A DNA stretch of 61,557 nt, from assembly GCA_964464695.1 (NCBI GenBank), contig CAYXKW010000002.1, positions 28,379 through 89,935 of the forward strand. Direction: 5' to 3'. This document shows, piece by piece, positions 1 to 8,653 of the stretch. Position numbers and translations under genes: made by a program. The DNA is from an uncultured Candidatus Saccharibacteria bacterium (GTDB lineage Bacteria; Patescibacteriota; Minisyncoccia; Phycocordibacterales; UBA5272). Under the pieces are notes generated by a model. It was not told the origin of the DNA. It saw only the letters and a program-made list of their open reading frames with translations, and ran no database searches. The number at the start of each line of letters is the position of its first letter. Position 1 is the stretch's first letter.

Positions 1-638
1 ACATACCAGTACCGAGTGTTTGATTGTAGATTTGTGATCGTAACTTGTTGTGATGTTCGTGCTAGGTTATCGTTAACGGCAACGAAACCATTCTTAGCGC
101 CAAAACCAACTGAGTTAATATCACCTTCGTTCATCAAGATTGGACTTGTGTTATAGAATACTTTTGCATTAGCCATTTCGTTTGTACTCCATGTAAATGA
201 AGCAGAACTATTTGTTACTGATTTACTTACTGAGTAAAATGATGGTGCTGTGAGACTTCCAGATACAGAAACAACTCCTGACCAACCACCAGCATTAATA
301 AGATCATTTATTGCGTCTCGTGTAGATGGACCAACACGTCCAAATCCAGTAGTAGCAGCTGAACCAGAACTTACGATTCCATTCTGAGTCTGGAATCTTT
401 CGACTGCAGCACGAGAAAGTGAACCAAAGTAACCAGTAACGAGACCTTCTGGGTAAATTGATGCATTATCCTTAAAGAAGTTTTGCATATTTGTAACACT
501 TGCGTTTGTTTCCCCGAAATCAAGCTGAGAGTCGACTGTGTTGTATGCATACACCTGTGTTGCTAGCATAGCAGAAGCGAGAATACTTAGTGCACTAAAT
601 GTAACCACAGAACGAGAACCGATTGTATTTTTTTTCAT
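1..638 (-). CDS. Secreted peptidoglycan-binding-domain protein, 5' part only (gene runs off the window start)
   Basis: Absent from the ORF track because it is truncated. Reverse translation from ATG (complement of 636-638) reads MKKNTIGSRSVVTFSALSILASAMLATQVYA (signal peptide), then GYFGSLSRAAVERFQTQNGI (PG_binding_1-like), then an Fn3-like Ser/Thr-rich region. Confidence 0.6.
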   Translation of the reverse strand, partial: MKKNTIGSRSVVTFSALSILASAMLATQVYAYNTVDSQLDFGETNASVTNMQNFFKDNASIYPEGLVTGYFGSLSRAAVERFQTQNGIVSSGSAATTGFGRVGPSTRDAINDLINAGGWSGVVSVSGSLTAPSFYSVSKSVTNSSASFTWSTNEMANAKVFYNTSPILMNEGDINSVGFGAKNGFVAVNDNLARTSQQVTITNLQSNTRYWY

Positions 639-990
639 ATTTTTTTGTTAAGGTTCTCAAAAAGAACCTACTTAATTAGGTAAAGACTGTCTCCTTATTT
701 CCTCTTGCAGTGCAAGATATATTGTTAGGGTTGAAATAACGAGATTACGAAGATATTTTTTTAAAAAATACTTGAACAGTGTAAGTGGGATAGCCCCCAC
801 GAGTGATGAAGGATATTCAACGTCCTTCAGGTGTACTATAATTATACAACAAATTTTAAAAAAAATCAAGGTTTCTAAGAGACAACTTTCTACACTGAGG
901 AAACACCCTTACTATCTATGCTGCACTTATCCCCTCCTTTTATTATTGTAAAAAGATACACTTACATCAGTTTCTGAAATACTATATATT

Positions 991-2199
991 ATGAATAAAA
1001 TCACCTCGACAATAACACTCTTCTTTATACTCCTTACTGGTTTCGCAAGTATTGCATCTGCACACTCTTCTTCAGTTGTGTATGTTGATGCAAACTACAC
1101 TGCAAACAATAGCGACAACCATGAATTTGGACATACTGCTTTTACGACAATCCAAGACGGAATAAATGCTGTTAACGAAGACGGGATTGTCTACGTTAAA
1201 CCAGGGACATACAATGAAACTCTCACCATCACTAAATCACTTTCGTTAAGTGGGTACACAAACTACGTAGTGTCAGGTGCTTCTGATGCCGCACCTTCGA
1301 TAAATGGCAGTAGCTCTATCGCAACTATTTTAGTACAAGGATCCAGTACACCACTTAGAGTGTCTATTTTTAATTTCCATATCACTAACGGAAACCATGG
1401 AATTCTTGTCGTACAAAGAGCAAACATGCTTATCAGTCACAATACAATCGATGGCTATATAAAAAATGGTATTACCTTTGGCTCAAAAATTATTCGTGGC
1501 GATGGAAATGTCTCAGGAACAATAAATAACAATATTGTTCGTGGCAAAGGTCCAATTGATACTATTTCACAAAATGGTATCCAGGTTGCAGAACAAAATA
1601 CAGCCACTATCGTTAATAATACAATTCTTAATAATGTGTACACTCTTTCGGGTATTAAATGGGCAACAGGAATTCTCATTCATAATACAAAAGGTGTAAC
1701 GGCGTCCGGTAATTTACTCATTAACAACCAAGCAGGCATCAATATTCTTCAGGCAACTAATAACACCCTTGAAGGGAACACTTTTATAGGGAACGAAACC
1801 TCCAATGCTGGAATTATGATAACTGACTTTGATGATGATACTCGTCCCGCCTCCGACAACACTATTAATAAGAATATAATTACTGGTGGTTATGTTGGGA
1901 TCTGGGCAAGTTACGCACCAAAAAATAAATTCACTAATAATATCATTTCTAGCACATCACAATACGGAATCTACTTTTGGGACACTGATACAAACACAGT
2001 AGCTAACAACATAATTAGCTTCATTTCATCTCCAACAAAAAAAGCTTACGGAGTGGCTCTTAACGGAGGTGATACAAAGAGACGAAGCATTGGCTCAAGT
2101 TATAACTACATTATAGACAACACCATTACTGACAGTGATGCAAAATACTATACTTCGAATGAGTCAGTAAAAAATGTTCTCCTGAGAAATAATTTCTAA
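991..2199 (+). CDS. Secreted right-handed parallel beta-helix repeat protein (PbH1/NosD-like)
   Basis: N-terminal signal peptide. Many repeats of the type NNTILNN / GNLLINN / GNTFIGN / NNIISS, typical of beta-helix repeats. Confidence 0.75.
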   Translation: MNKITSTITLFFILLTGFASIASAHSSSVVYVDANYTANNSDNHEFGHTAFTTIQDGINAVNEDGIVYVKPGTYNETLTITKSLSLSGYTNYVVSGASDAAPSINGSSSIATILVQGSSTPLRVSIFNFHITNGNHGILVVQRANMLISHNTIDGYIKNGITFGSKIIRGDGNVSGTINNNIVRGKGPIDTISQNGIQVAEQNTATIVNNTILNNVYTLSGIKWATGILIHNTKGVTASGNLLINNQAGINILQATNNTLEGNTFIGNETSNAGIMITDFDDDTRPASDNTINKNIITGGYVGIWASYAPKNKFTNNIISSTSQYGIYFWDTDTNTVANNIISFISSPTKKAYGVALNGGDTKRRSIGSSYNYIIDNTITDSDAKYYTSNESVKNVLLRNNF

Positions 2200-2248
2200 C
2201 CACTCTACAAAAAATACCCACTACTAGGTGGGTATTTTTATTATTTAA

Positions 2249-2668
2249 TTACTTAAACCATTCAATGTGCCAATTCTTCATCATGTTTATTTCCACTGTT
2301 TGTGCAGAAATAATTTCACGTGCAAGCTTAAGTAGTTCTGGTCGCTTTGAATTAGTAAGTACGGCTTCTGCCATAACAACAGCACCCTGATGATGCACAA
2401 TCATTTCAGATAGAAATGCCTTATCAAAAGCATCTCCTGTTTTTCCATTAAGACCTGCCATCATACCATCCATCGTCATATCCATCCCAACTGTGCCTCC
2501 CATCACTTCACCCTTTGGCATCATATGGCCACCTGTCATTGATGAATATTCTTGTGCATGTGTATCAGCACTTTTAGAAGTTCCGAAAGAAATAAAATAT
2601 AACGACGCAACCACAACCCCAATCACTATACCAACCCCACCATATTTCACCAATGAATTATTTTTCAT
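2249..2668 (-). CDS. DUF305 family protein with Met/His-rich N-terminal region
   Basis: FDKAFLSEMIVHHQGAVVMAEAVL ... AREIISAQTVEINMMKNW matches the DUF305 four-helix signature. TM anchor plus MTGGHMMPKGEVMGGTVGMDMTMDGMM. Confidence 0.75.
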   Translation of the reverse strand: MKNNSLVKYGGVGIVIGVVVASLYFISFGTSKSADTHAQEYSSMTGGHMMPKGEVMGGTVGMDMTMDGMMAGLNGKTGDAFDKAFLSEMIVHHQGAVVMAEAVLTNSKRPELLKLAREIISAQTVEINMMKNWHIEWFK

Positions 2669-2706
2669 AGATTGTAATTATAAATTAATAAAATAAAATA
2701 TCTAGA

Positions 2707-3102
2707 TTAATACGCCTTTGTATGAAGTAATCCTTGAGAGAAAAGATTCTGCAGGAGAAGAAATAGTTTTATTGTGCCATGACGTTTCTTATAGAGCAAA
2801 AACCTAAGTATTTCACCATGTGTAAAAATAACATATAGACCAGTAAAAAAAACAGCAGCAGCTAGCGCAAATTCATACGAAATAGAAAAATTGTACATCC
2901 AGCTTTGCCATATACGCATATGGTCAGCAAGTGTCATAGTACAAATGATATGAGTGCTCATCGAAAAAGGACAGTGTTCCATTGGAGTATTTGTTTCTGC
3001 CATATGAATCATATGGACCGGAGAATAGAGAACAATGCACAAATACCCCAAAAGTAACATAGCCCCTAACCATACTTTTACGAATGATGACAATCTAAAC
3101 AT
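2707..3102 (-). CDS. Small polytopic membrane protein, unknown function (His/Met/Cys motif HMIHMAETNTPMEHCPF)
   Basis: Clean ORF with 3 hydrophobic segments, 38 nt upstream of the DUF305 gene on the same strand. Confidence 0.5.
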   Translation of the reverse strand: MFRLSSFVKVWLGAMLLLGYLCIVLYSPVHMIHMAETNTPMEHCPFSMSTHIICTMTLADHMRIWQSWMYNFSISYEFALAAAVFFTGLYVIFTHGEILRFLLYKKRHGTIKLFLLLQNLFSQGLLHTKAY

Positions 3103-3135
3103 AGAAATAAGTATACACTTTTTTAAAAAGCTATT

Positions 3136-3834
3136 TTACTTCATCAGGACTTCAATTATCAAAAATTGAACATCTTCTATTGCTCGTATTTCTAATTGTT
3201 CTGCATCTTCCACCCCAAGCGCATCTCTCTTTTCTAGTAGGTATTCTTCAATTTTTAGTGAGCCTTCAACTATAAAAATATATACTCCATGTGATGGACT
3301 ATGAAGTGTGTATTGATGGTTCGCACCAGCCTTTAATGCCCCGTAAGAAATATATGCGTCCTGATTAATTATAAGTGATGATGGGCCTACTAGTTCAAGG
3401 ACATCATTCTTAATCTCATTAAACGAAAAATGCTTTTGATTATAGCGTGGGGAGATATTCTCTTCTTGTGGAACTATCCATATTTGGAAAAGCTCAAGCG
3501 GTTCATGTGTTGAATTGTTATGTTCACTATGCATCACTCCAGTTCCAGCTGACATAACCTGAACATCCCCTTCGTGCACAACATAACTATTCCCAATAGT
3601 ATCTTCATGTAGTACTGCACCTTTTGTCACAATGGTAATAATCTCCATATCTCGATGACCATGAGCTCCAAAACCTTGCCCCTCTGCAATCTCGTCATCA
3701 TTCAAAACTCGGAGCGCACCGAAACCCATTTTTGTCTCATCGTACCAATCATTAAAACTAAAACTATACCTAGAAGTAAGCCAACCGTAGTCCCCGCCAC
3801 CACGCTCTTTTCCTATATATTTAACTGCTTTCAT
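3136..3834 (-). CDS. Pirin family protein (YhhW-like)
   Basis: GFGALRVLNDDEIAEGQGFGAHGHRDMEIITIV and the bicupin layout. Start trimmed to MKAVKYIG (ATG complement 3832-3834). Confidence 0.85.
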   Translation of the reverse strand: MKAVKYIGKERGGGDYGWLTSRYSFSFNDWYDETKMGFGALRVLNDDEIAEGQGFGAHGHRDMEIITIVTKGAVLHEDTIGNSYVVHEGDVQVMSAGTGVMHSEHNNSTHEPLELFQIWIVPQEENISPRYNQKHFSFNEIKNDVLELVGPSSLIINQDAYISYGALKAGANHQYTLHSPSHGVYIFIVEGSLKIEEYLLEKRDALGVEDAEQLEIRAIEDVQFLIIEVLMK

Positions 3835-3873
3835 GGGTATAAGTCTATCATAAACGGGTGCTATACTTCTGTC

Positions 3874-4101
3874 ATGCCATATACAGAAAAACACACAAGA
3901 TCCATCGCAAAAGCTATTAGTTACAGGTTAGTCAGTATTGCCTTTGACCTTTTAATCATTTTTGCTTTCACAAAAAAAATTGAAATGACCATCGGTATTG
4001 TTGTTATTTCAAACATTGTAAGTATCTTTATGTACTATTTCCATGAACGCGCATGGAACAAATTCCACTTCGGAAGAAAACTCCTTACAGACAAGGTGTA
4101 A
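3874..4101 (+). CDS. DUF2061 family small membrane protein
   Basis: TRSIAKAISYRLVSIAFDLLIIFAFT ... FHERAWNKF. Start trimmed to ATG 3874, because the upstream part of the track ORF is antisense to the pirin gene. Confidence 0.6.
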   Translation: MPYTEKHTRSIAKAISYRLVSIAFDLLIIFAFTKKIEMTIGIVVISNIVSIFMYYFHERAWNKFHFGRKLLTDKV

Positions 4102-4138
4102 AGTAATATCTTCATTACAAACTTCACACTACCTATAT

Positions 4139-4660
4139 ATGCACACAAGTAAACATGCCATCGCCACTATACTCGTTTGTTGTACAGTAATCTTTTTTTC
4201 ATATACGTACTATAAAAAAAGCTATTTGAAAAATTCTCACACTCCCATACTACAAGTAACCCCTACACCAATACTTGAAGACGGTCCATGGGTTTGGCAA
4301 CATACCCTACTACTTGATGGTAAAAAAGTTACACCTGAAGATAGTCAAAAATTTATTATGACATTTACTCGTAATTCTCGAGAAGTAACGAGTACTACAG
4401 ATTGTAACTCCATCAGTTCTACCTATATACAAAATGGTGAGATTTTGAGTTTTAAGCCATTCATAGCAACTAAAATGTTTTGTGAAAAATCCCAAGAAGC
4501 TATCTACACACAAGAACTTTCACTTGCGACATCATATACAGTTAGTTCTACAACACTTACCATCAATCTTAATCGTGATGTAGGCACCATGATTTTTATG
4601 AAACCAGGAACCTTTCAAACAACAGCTCCAGACAAGACCAAAGAAGAAGCGCTTAAATAA
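4139..4660 (+). CDS. META domain (HslJ-like) membrane-anchored protein
   Basis: TM anchor, then DGPWVWQHTLLLDGKKV ... FKPFIATKMFCEKSQEAIYTQELSLATSYTVSSTTLTI, typical of META domains. Start at ATG 4139. Confidence 0.65.
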   Translation: MHTSKHAIATILVCCTVIFFSYTYYKKSYLKNSHTPILQVTPTPILEDGPWVWQHTLLLDGKKVTPEDSQKFIMTFTRNSREVTSTTDCNSISSTYIQNGEILSFKPFIATKMFCEKSQEAIYTQELSLATSYTVSSTTLTINLNRDVGTMIFMKPGTFQTTAPDKTKEEALK

Positions 4661-4662
4661 TG

Positions 4663-6324
4663 TTACGAGTTCATGTACGCACGAACGAGACGAATATCTT
4701 GATATGAGCACTTACCTTTAAGGTGTTCGTACACTGGTGTTAATTTACGAGTATCTAATTCTTTACATGCTTTTTTAATCGCATCTATTGTTTTCTTTGG
4801 TGGTAATGTGTGCTTGAGTTCGACTATTTCTTTAAGTTCTAACAACTTCTCTATATGTCCGATAATCGTGTCTACCGATAACGACCGTTCTTCAGCAATC
4901 TCAAGAATCGTCAGCCCTGATTGCAACATTTCTTTTGTCTTTTCATGCGAAGGCATTTTTGTTTCAACTTCCTCAACCACACTATCATCAAGCTCAACAA
5001 CAGACCCACCACGTTCTGTGAGGAACTTTTCATGGAGTCGCCCCAACTGTTCATCTGTATATTTTTCAATCGCATTCTCAGCCTGCATACTACGAGTACG
5101 GAAGGTATCATCTGCCTCTCTCACAGCTTCTGCTATCATGAGCGCTTGTGGATTAAAGCCCTTAAGATGGAGCCCCTCGAGAGACTTAAGTCGAGAGAGC
5201 GCAACATACCCTTGTCCTGAAGCAAAGGACCTACTTAAGTCAATTTCTGCCTTATCGAGGGTCATTCCTTGACTCTTGTGTACCGTTATCGCCCAAGCTA
5301 ATTTCACAGGTAATTGCATGAGTTCGGCTTTCACTTTTCCATCTTCTTCTATTTTCCATGAATCTGCTTTGATGGTTATTTTTTTACCATTAACAAGCTC
5401 CACAACAGGAGCTCCTTCATGATCAAAATTAATAACAATCCCCATTGACCCATTCACATAACTTCTATCTTGCGCATTTTTTATACAAATAACTTTTGCA
5501 CCAATTTTGAGCTGAAGAACCTCCTCTGCAAGACAGTTATTCTTAAGGGATGCAAGTAACTGAGCCTTCCCTTTTGTAATCATGTGATACGATCTGACTT
5601 CTCCTGGCATTTTTTTAAATGCCAACATATTAATCTCATCAACATTCTCATTATGTGTATAAAGCTTGATATGATCCTCAGTATGAGCTTTCTCATGAGC
5701 GTCGCGTAACATCTCGTAATGATCTTCTTCTACCTCGCCACTTCGTATAGCATTTAGGATGGATGTAAGCTTATCATCATCTTGTCTGAACTGTTCTGTA
5801 AGATAACACACGACAGGCTTCGCTTCCTTCCATGCTTTAGATGTAAAAGCAAACACTTCTTTATTCTCATATTCATCTCCATGACGCACAACTGGTGGTA
5901 GTTGGAAAAAGTCGCCAGTAAAAACAACTTGTACACCACCAAACGGTAACTCGTTTCTTCTCATGTGCTTCCCCACTTTATCTAACATGTCCACAAATGA
6001 CGCGTGGAGCATCGACACCTCGTCAATAATTAGCACCTGGGTTTCATTCCAACGTTTATAGAGATTAGCTTTTTCTTCAAGAGCATCTAGATCATATGCA
6101 TGTAGCTTTTGTTTTATACCAATACCACTCCATGAATGAATAGTTGTGCCACTAATGTGTGTTGAGGCGATACCTGTTGAGGCAGTTACGGCATATTTAA
6201 CACCGTGACGCTTAAGGTACACAATATACTCACGCAATGCAAAACTCTTACCAGCCCCCGCTGCGCCAGTAAGAAATGTCGTATGACCTAATTTAAGGAT
6301 TTGGAGGGCGGTTGATTGAAGCAT
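4663..6324 (-). CDS. Pif1/RecD-family ATP-dependent DNA helicase with C-terminal helix-turn-helix domain
   Basis: Walker A LTGAAGAGKSF, Walker B IIDEVSML, AITVHKSQGMT and a C-terminal LTILEIAEERSLSVDTIIGHIEKL HTH. Confidence 0.85.
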   Translation of the reverse strand: MLQSTALQILKLGHTTFLTGAAGAGKSFALREYIVYLKRHGVKYAVTASTGIASTHISGTTIHSWSGIGIKQKLHAYDLDALEEKANLYKRWNETQVLIIDEVSMLHASFVDMLDKVGKHMRRNELPFGGVQVVFTGDFFQLPPVVRHGDEYENKEVFAFTSKAWKEAKPVVCYLTEQFRQDDDKLTSILNAIRSGEVEEDHYEMLRDAHEKAHTEDHIKLYTHNENVDEINMLAFKKMPGEVRSYHMITKGKAQLLASLKNNCLAEEVLQLKIGAKVICIKNAQDRSYVNGSMGIVINFDHEGAPVVELVNGKKITIKADSWKIEEDGKVKAELMQLPVKLAWAITVHKSQGMTLDKAEIDLSRSFASGQGYVALSRLKSLEGLHLKGFNPQALMIAEAVREADDTFRTRSMQAENAIEKYTDEQLGRLHEKFLTERGGSVVELDDSVVEEVETKMPSHEKTKEMLQSGLTILEIAEERSLSVDTIIGHIEKLLELKEIVELKHTLPPKKTIDAIKKACKELDTRKLTPVYEHLKGKCSYQDIRLVRAYMNS

Positions 6325-6330
6325 GATAAA

Positions 6331-6389
6331 TAGACTTTAGCTCTTAGCTTGTAGCCAGTAGCTTACATGCAATTCGTTTCAGTGTAAGC
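6331..6389 (+). promoter_or_regulatory. Five heptad-phased TAGNNNN units running into a 7-bp hairpin
   Basis: tagactt tagctct tagcttg tagccag tagctta (6331-6365). Stem gcttaca (6361-6367) pairs with tgtaagc (6383-6389). Confidence 0.5.
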
Positions 6390-6412
6390 GGAAAAGTGAA
6401 AATACAGAAGAC

Positions 6413-6441
6413 TTGACTTTTTATATATTTTATGCTATAAT
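6413..6441 (+). promoter_or_regulatory. Near-consensus sigma70-type promoter
   Basis: TTGACT (6413-6418), 17-nt spacer, TATAAT (6436-6441). Confidence 0.7.
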
Positions 6442-6555
6442 ATAAATATAGGGTAATACTATTTGTATATCCACTTACAACTATAAAAAGTTGCAAGACC
6501 TCATGCTAGAATTACTGAGAAGTTGTAGTAACAATTACATCAAAGGAGGACAGCC

Positions 6556-6888
6556 GTGAGCACTAGTTCTTTTACGATAAAATACACGCTTCCCTGCGAA
6601 CATTGTGGTAGAAACAAAAATTGCCACACACGAATCGGCAACTGTGTCAGAAAAGGAGACACTGATCTCTTCGAAGGCCACCAGGTCTGCCTAACAAAAT
6701 GTCCCGGCTACAAAGAAAAAGAATGTCGGAGAAAAGGCACAGGCCAAGCACCTGAAGGCACGATTGATTTACGTAGAAAGGTTAGAGTGGCTCCAGGAAA
6801 TACTTTTGAATTCCTGAAAACCCTTCCTCCACCATTCAAGGTAAGTGAAGAGTACCTAGGCGAAAATCGCCGACACCGATTCCAATGA
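6556..6888 (+). CDS. Cys-rich 110-aa ORF (GTG start) or structured ncRNA; identity unresolved
   Basis: AAGGAGG lies 6 nt upstream of GTG. CxxCx5Cx6C ... Cx3Cx7C pattern. C-ending codons atypical for this genome, locally raised GC, and a long ORF also open on the opposite strand. Confidence 0.35.
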   Translation: MSTSSFTIKYTLPCEHCGRNKNCHTRIGNCVRKGDTDLFEGHQVCLTKCPGYKEKECRRKGTGQAPEGTIDLRRKVRVAPGNTFEFLKTLPPPFKVSEEYLGENRRHRFQ

Positions 6889-6901
6889 TAGGAACCCACT
6901 T

Positions 6902-6931
6902 CCACTAGCACAAGTTGCTGGTGGATTTTTT
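6902..6931 (+). terminator. Rho-independent terminator
   Basis: ccactagca / caagt / tgctggtgg (one G-U pair) followed by attttttat. Confidence 0.75.
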
Positions 6932-6952
6932 ATATTCAAGATAATCAACAAA

Positions 6953-7882
6953 CTATACCTTTAAATACTTTCGAACTGCCAAGAAAGAAGATACTACGGT
7001 AAGTACAGATCCGAAAGCAAGTAATGTAAGAGTGAGCTCTACGAAATGCGCTAAGTAAAAATCATTTATATTTAGTCCTTCAAAGAAGAAGACTGTTTTC
7101 TTTGTTACCCAAACAGTTGCTGGGAAGAAAATAACAAGCGTTGTAATAGTTGCAACTATTGCATAGAGAAGTGCTTCTACAATAAATGGACCACGAATAA
7201 ACATATTAGATGCTCCTACAAGCTTCATCACCGCAATTTCATCTCTATACACGAAGATAGCCAGACGGATTGTGTTGTACACTATCATACAACTCATAAG
7301 CACGAAGAGAATTGAAAGCCAGAAACCAACGGTATTCGTCCACCCAATAATACTATTTAATTTATCAATACTATCTTTTATTTGATAGTAGTTTACTTTA
7401 TCAACAACACTTTTGTTATCCCCCAACAATCCTGATTCATTGTTTAACTGGTCTGCAATAGCGGCATAACGTGACGTATCTTTTGCAATCACTGAAAGTG
7501 AGGCACCGAATGGATTATTCCCGAGCTCGTCAAGCGCTTGAAGCGTGAGCTGATCTCCCTCATGCTTTTTCTTGAAATCTAGAAGTGCTTGTTCTTTAGA
7601 AACATACACAACATCCTTAACATCACTTAGTCCAAGTAATTTTGCTTTAATAGTAATAGCTTGCTCTTCTGTAGCGTCAGTTGTTAGGTATACACGAACA
7701 TCTACTTTACTCTTTACTTGCTCAAGCGTGTAATCAAATACTGCTCCGAATAAATAAAAAGATGTGACAATCGAAAGAGTAATCGTTAAAATAAAAATCG
7801 AAGAAAGAGACACCGTTCTATTACGGTAAAAACCTCGTAGCCCTGCCAATATTGTTCTTTTCCACAGTACTGTTTTCATCAT
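6953..7882 (-). CDS. ftsX: Cell division permease FtsX
   Basis: 4-TM FtsX architecture with a large first loop, immediately downstream of ftsE. Confidence 0.85.
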   Translation of the reverse strand: MMKTVLWKRTILAGLRGFYRNRTVSLSSIFILTITLSIVTSFYLFGAVFDYTLEQVKSKVDVRVYLTTDATEEQAITIKAKLLGLSDVKDVVYVSKEQALLDFKKKHEGDQLTLQALDELGNNPFGASLSVIAKDTSRYAAIADQLNNESGLLGDNKSVVDKVNYYQIKDSIDKLNSIIGWTNTVGFWLSILFVLMSCMIVYNTIRLAIFVYRDEIAVMKLVGASNMFIRGPFIVEALLYAIVATITTLVIFFPATVWVTKKTVFFFEGLNINDFYLAHFVELTLTLLAFGSVLTVVSSFLAVRKYLKV

Positions 7883-7885
7883 ATA

Positions 7886-8566
7886 TTACATTGTAAATTT
7901 ACCAGATTTTTGGTCCCGTGTTACACGGCCATTCTCCATAGTGATAACTCGTCGCCCAAGATTATCAACAATACCTTTGTTATGTGTCGTAAGAATCACC
8001 GTTGTACCGAGATCGTTAATTTTCTTCAATATCTGGACGATATCATAGGTATTTAGTGGATCAAGGTTCCCTGTTGGTTCATCCGCAATAATAATCTCTG
8101 GACGATTAATAATCGCACGAGCAATAGCAACACGCTGCTGTTCTCCACCTGATAATTGATGCGGGAAGTGATACATCTTTTCCTTAAGGTCTACGAGATC
8201 AAGCACATGAGGAACATCCTCAGCAATTTCATCATCATGTCGTCCAGCTGCTTCCATAGCAAAGGCAACATTTTCATACGCAGTTTTATTTGGAATAAGT
8301 CTAAAATCTTGAAATACAACACCAACTTTTCTTCTGTAGTTCGTTATATCCTTTCCACGAAGTTCATGAATGTTGTCAGAGTTAAAAGAAACAACGCCTT
8401 CTGTCGGTGCCTCTTGAGCAAGCAACATCTTGATGAGCGTGGTCTTACCAGCACCAGAATGTCCTACGACTGATACCAGTTCTCCTTTATTGATAGTAAG
8501 AGAAATGTCACACAGGACTTTGTTACCATTTTCATATTCTTTTGAAACTCGGTCAAAATAGAGCAT
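7886..8566 (-). CDS. ftsE: Cell division ATP-binding protein FtsE
   Basis: GHSGAGKTT Walker [15 protein letters not shown] signature, [11 protein letters not shown]. Confidence 0.9.
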   Translation of the reverse strand: MLYFDRVSKEYENGNKVLCDISLTINKGELVSVVGHSGAGKTTLIKMLLAQEAPTEGVVSFNSDNIHELRGKDITNYRRKVGVVFQDFRLIPNKTAYENVAFAMEAAGRHDDEIAEDVPHVLDLVDLKEKMYHFPHQLSGGEQQRVAIARAIINRPEIIIADEPTGNLDPLNTYDIVQILKKINDLGTTVILTTHNKGIVDNLGRRVITMENGRVTRDQKSGKFTM

Positions 8567-8653
8567 TAATTTAGTATAGCATGCTTAGAAATCTACAGGA
8601 TGTGAATTAAAATATAGTTTTAAAAACCTCTAAAAACAAAGGTGGGCTCAAAA

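Noticed and set aside
672-869. 65-aa minus-strand ORF in the 350-nt divergent intergenic region.
   Set aside because: The sequence is low-complexity and hydrophobic in AT-rich DNA, with no RBS and no motif.
3655-3873. N-terminal 73 codons of the 148-aa track ORF.
   Set aside because: This part is antisense to the pirin gene and has no family resemblance. The DUF2061 match begins at the internal ATG 3874.
6449-6931. Possible RNase P RNA, tmRNA or SRP RNA in the promoter-to-terminator transcript.
   Set aside because: I found no GGAAAGUCC-type P4 strand in the right place. Only a loose ACAAAAUGUCCCGGCUAC resemblance sits mid-transcript. There is no GGGG...UCCACCA tmRNA ends or tRNA-like T-arm, and no SRP GGAA/GNAR domain IV motif. 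It is left as unresolved rather than named.
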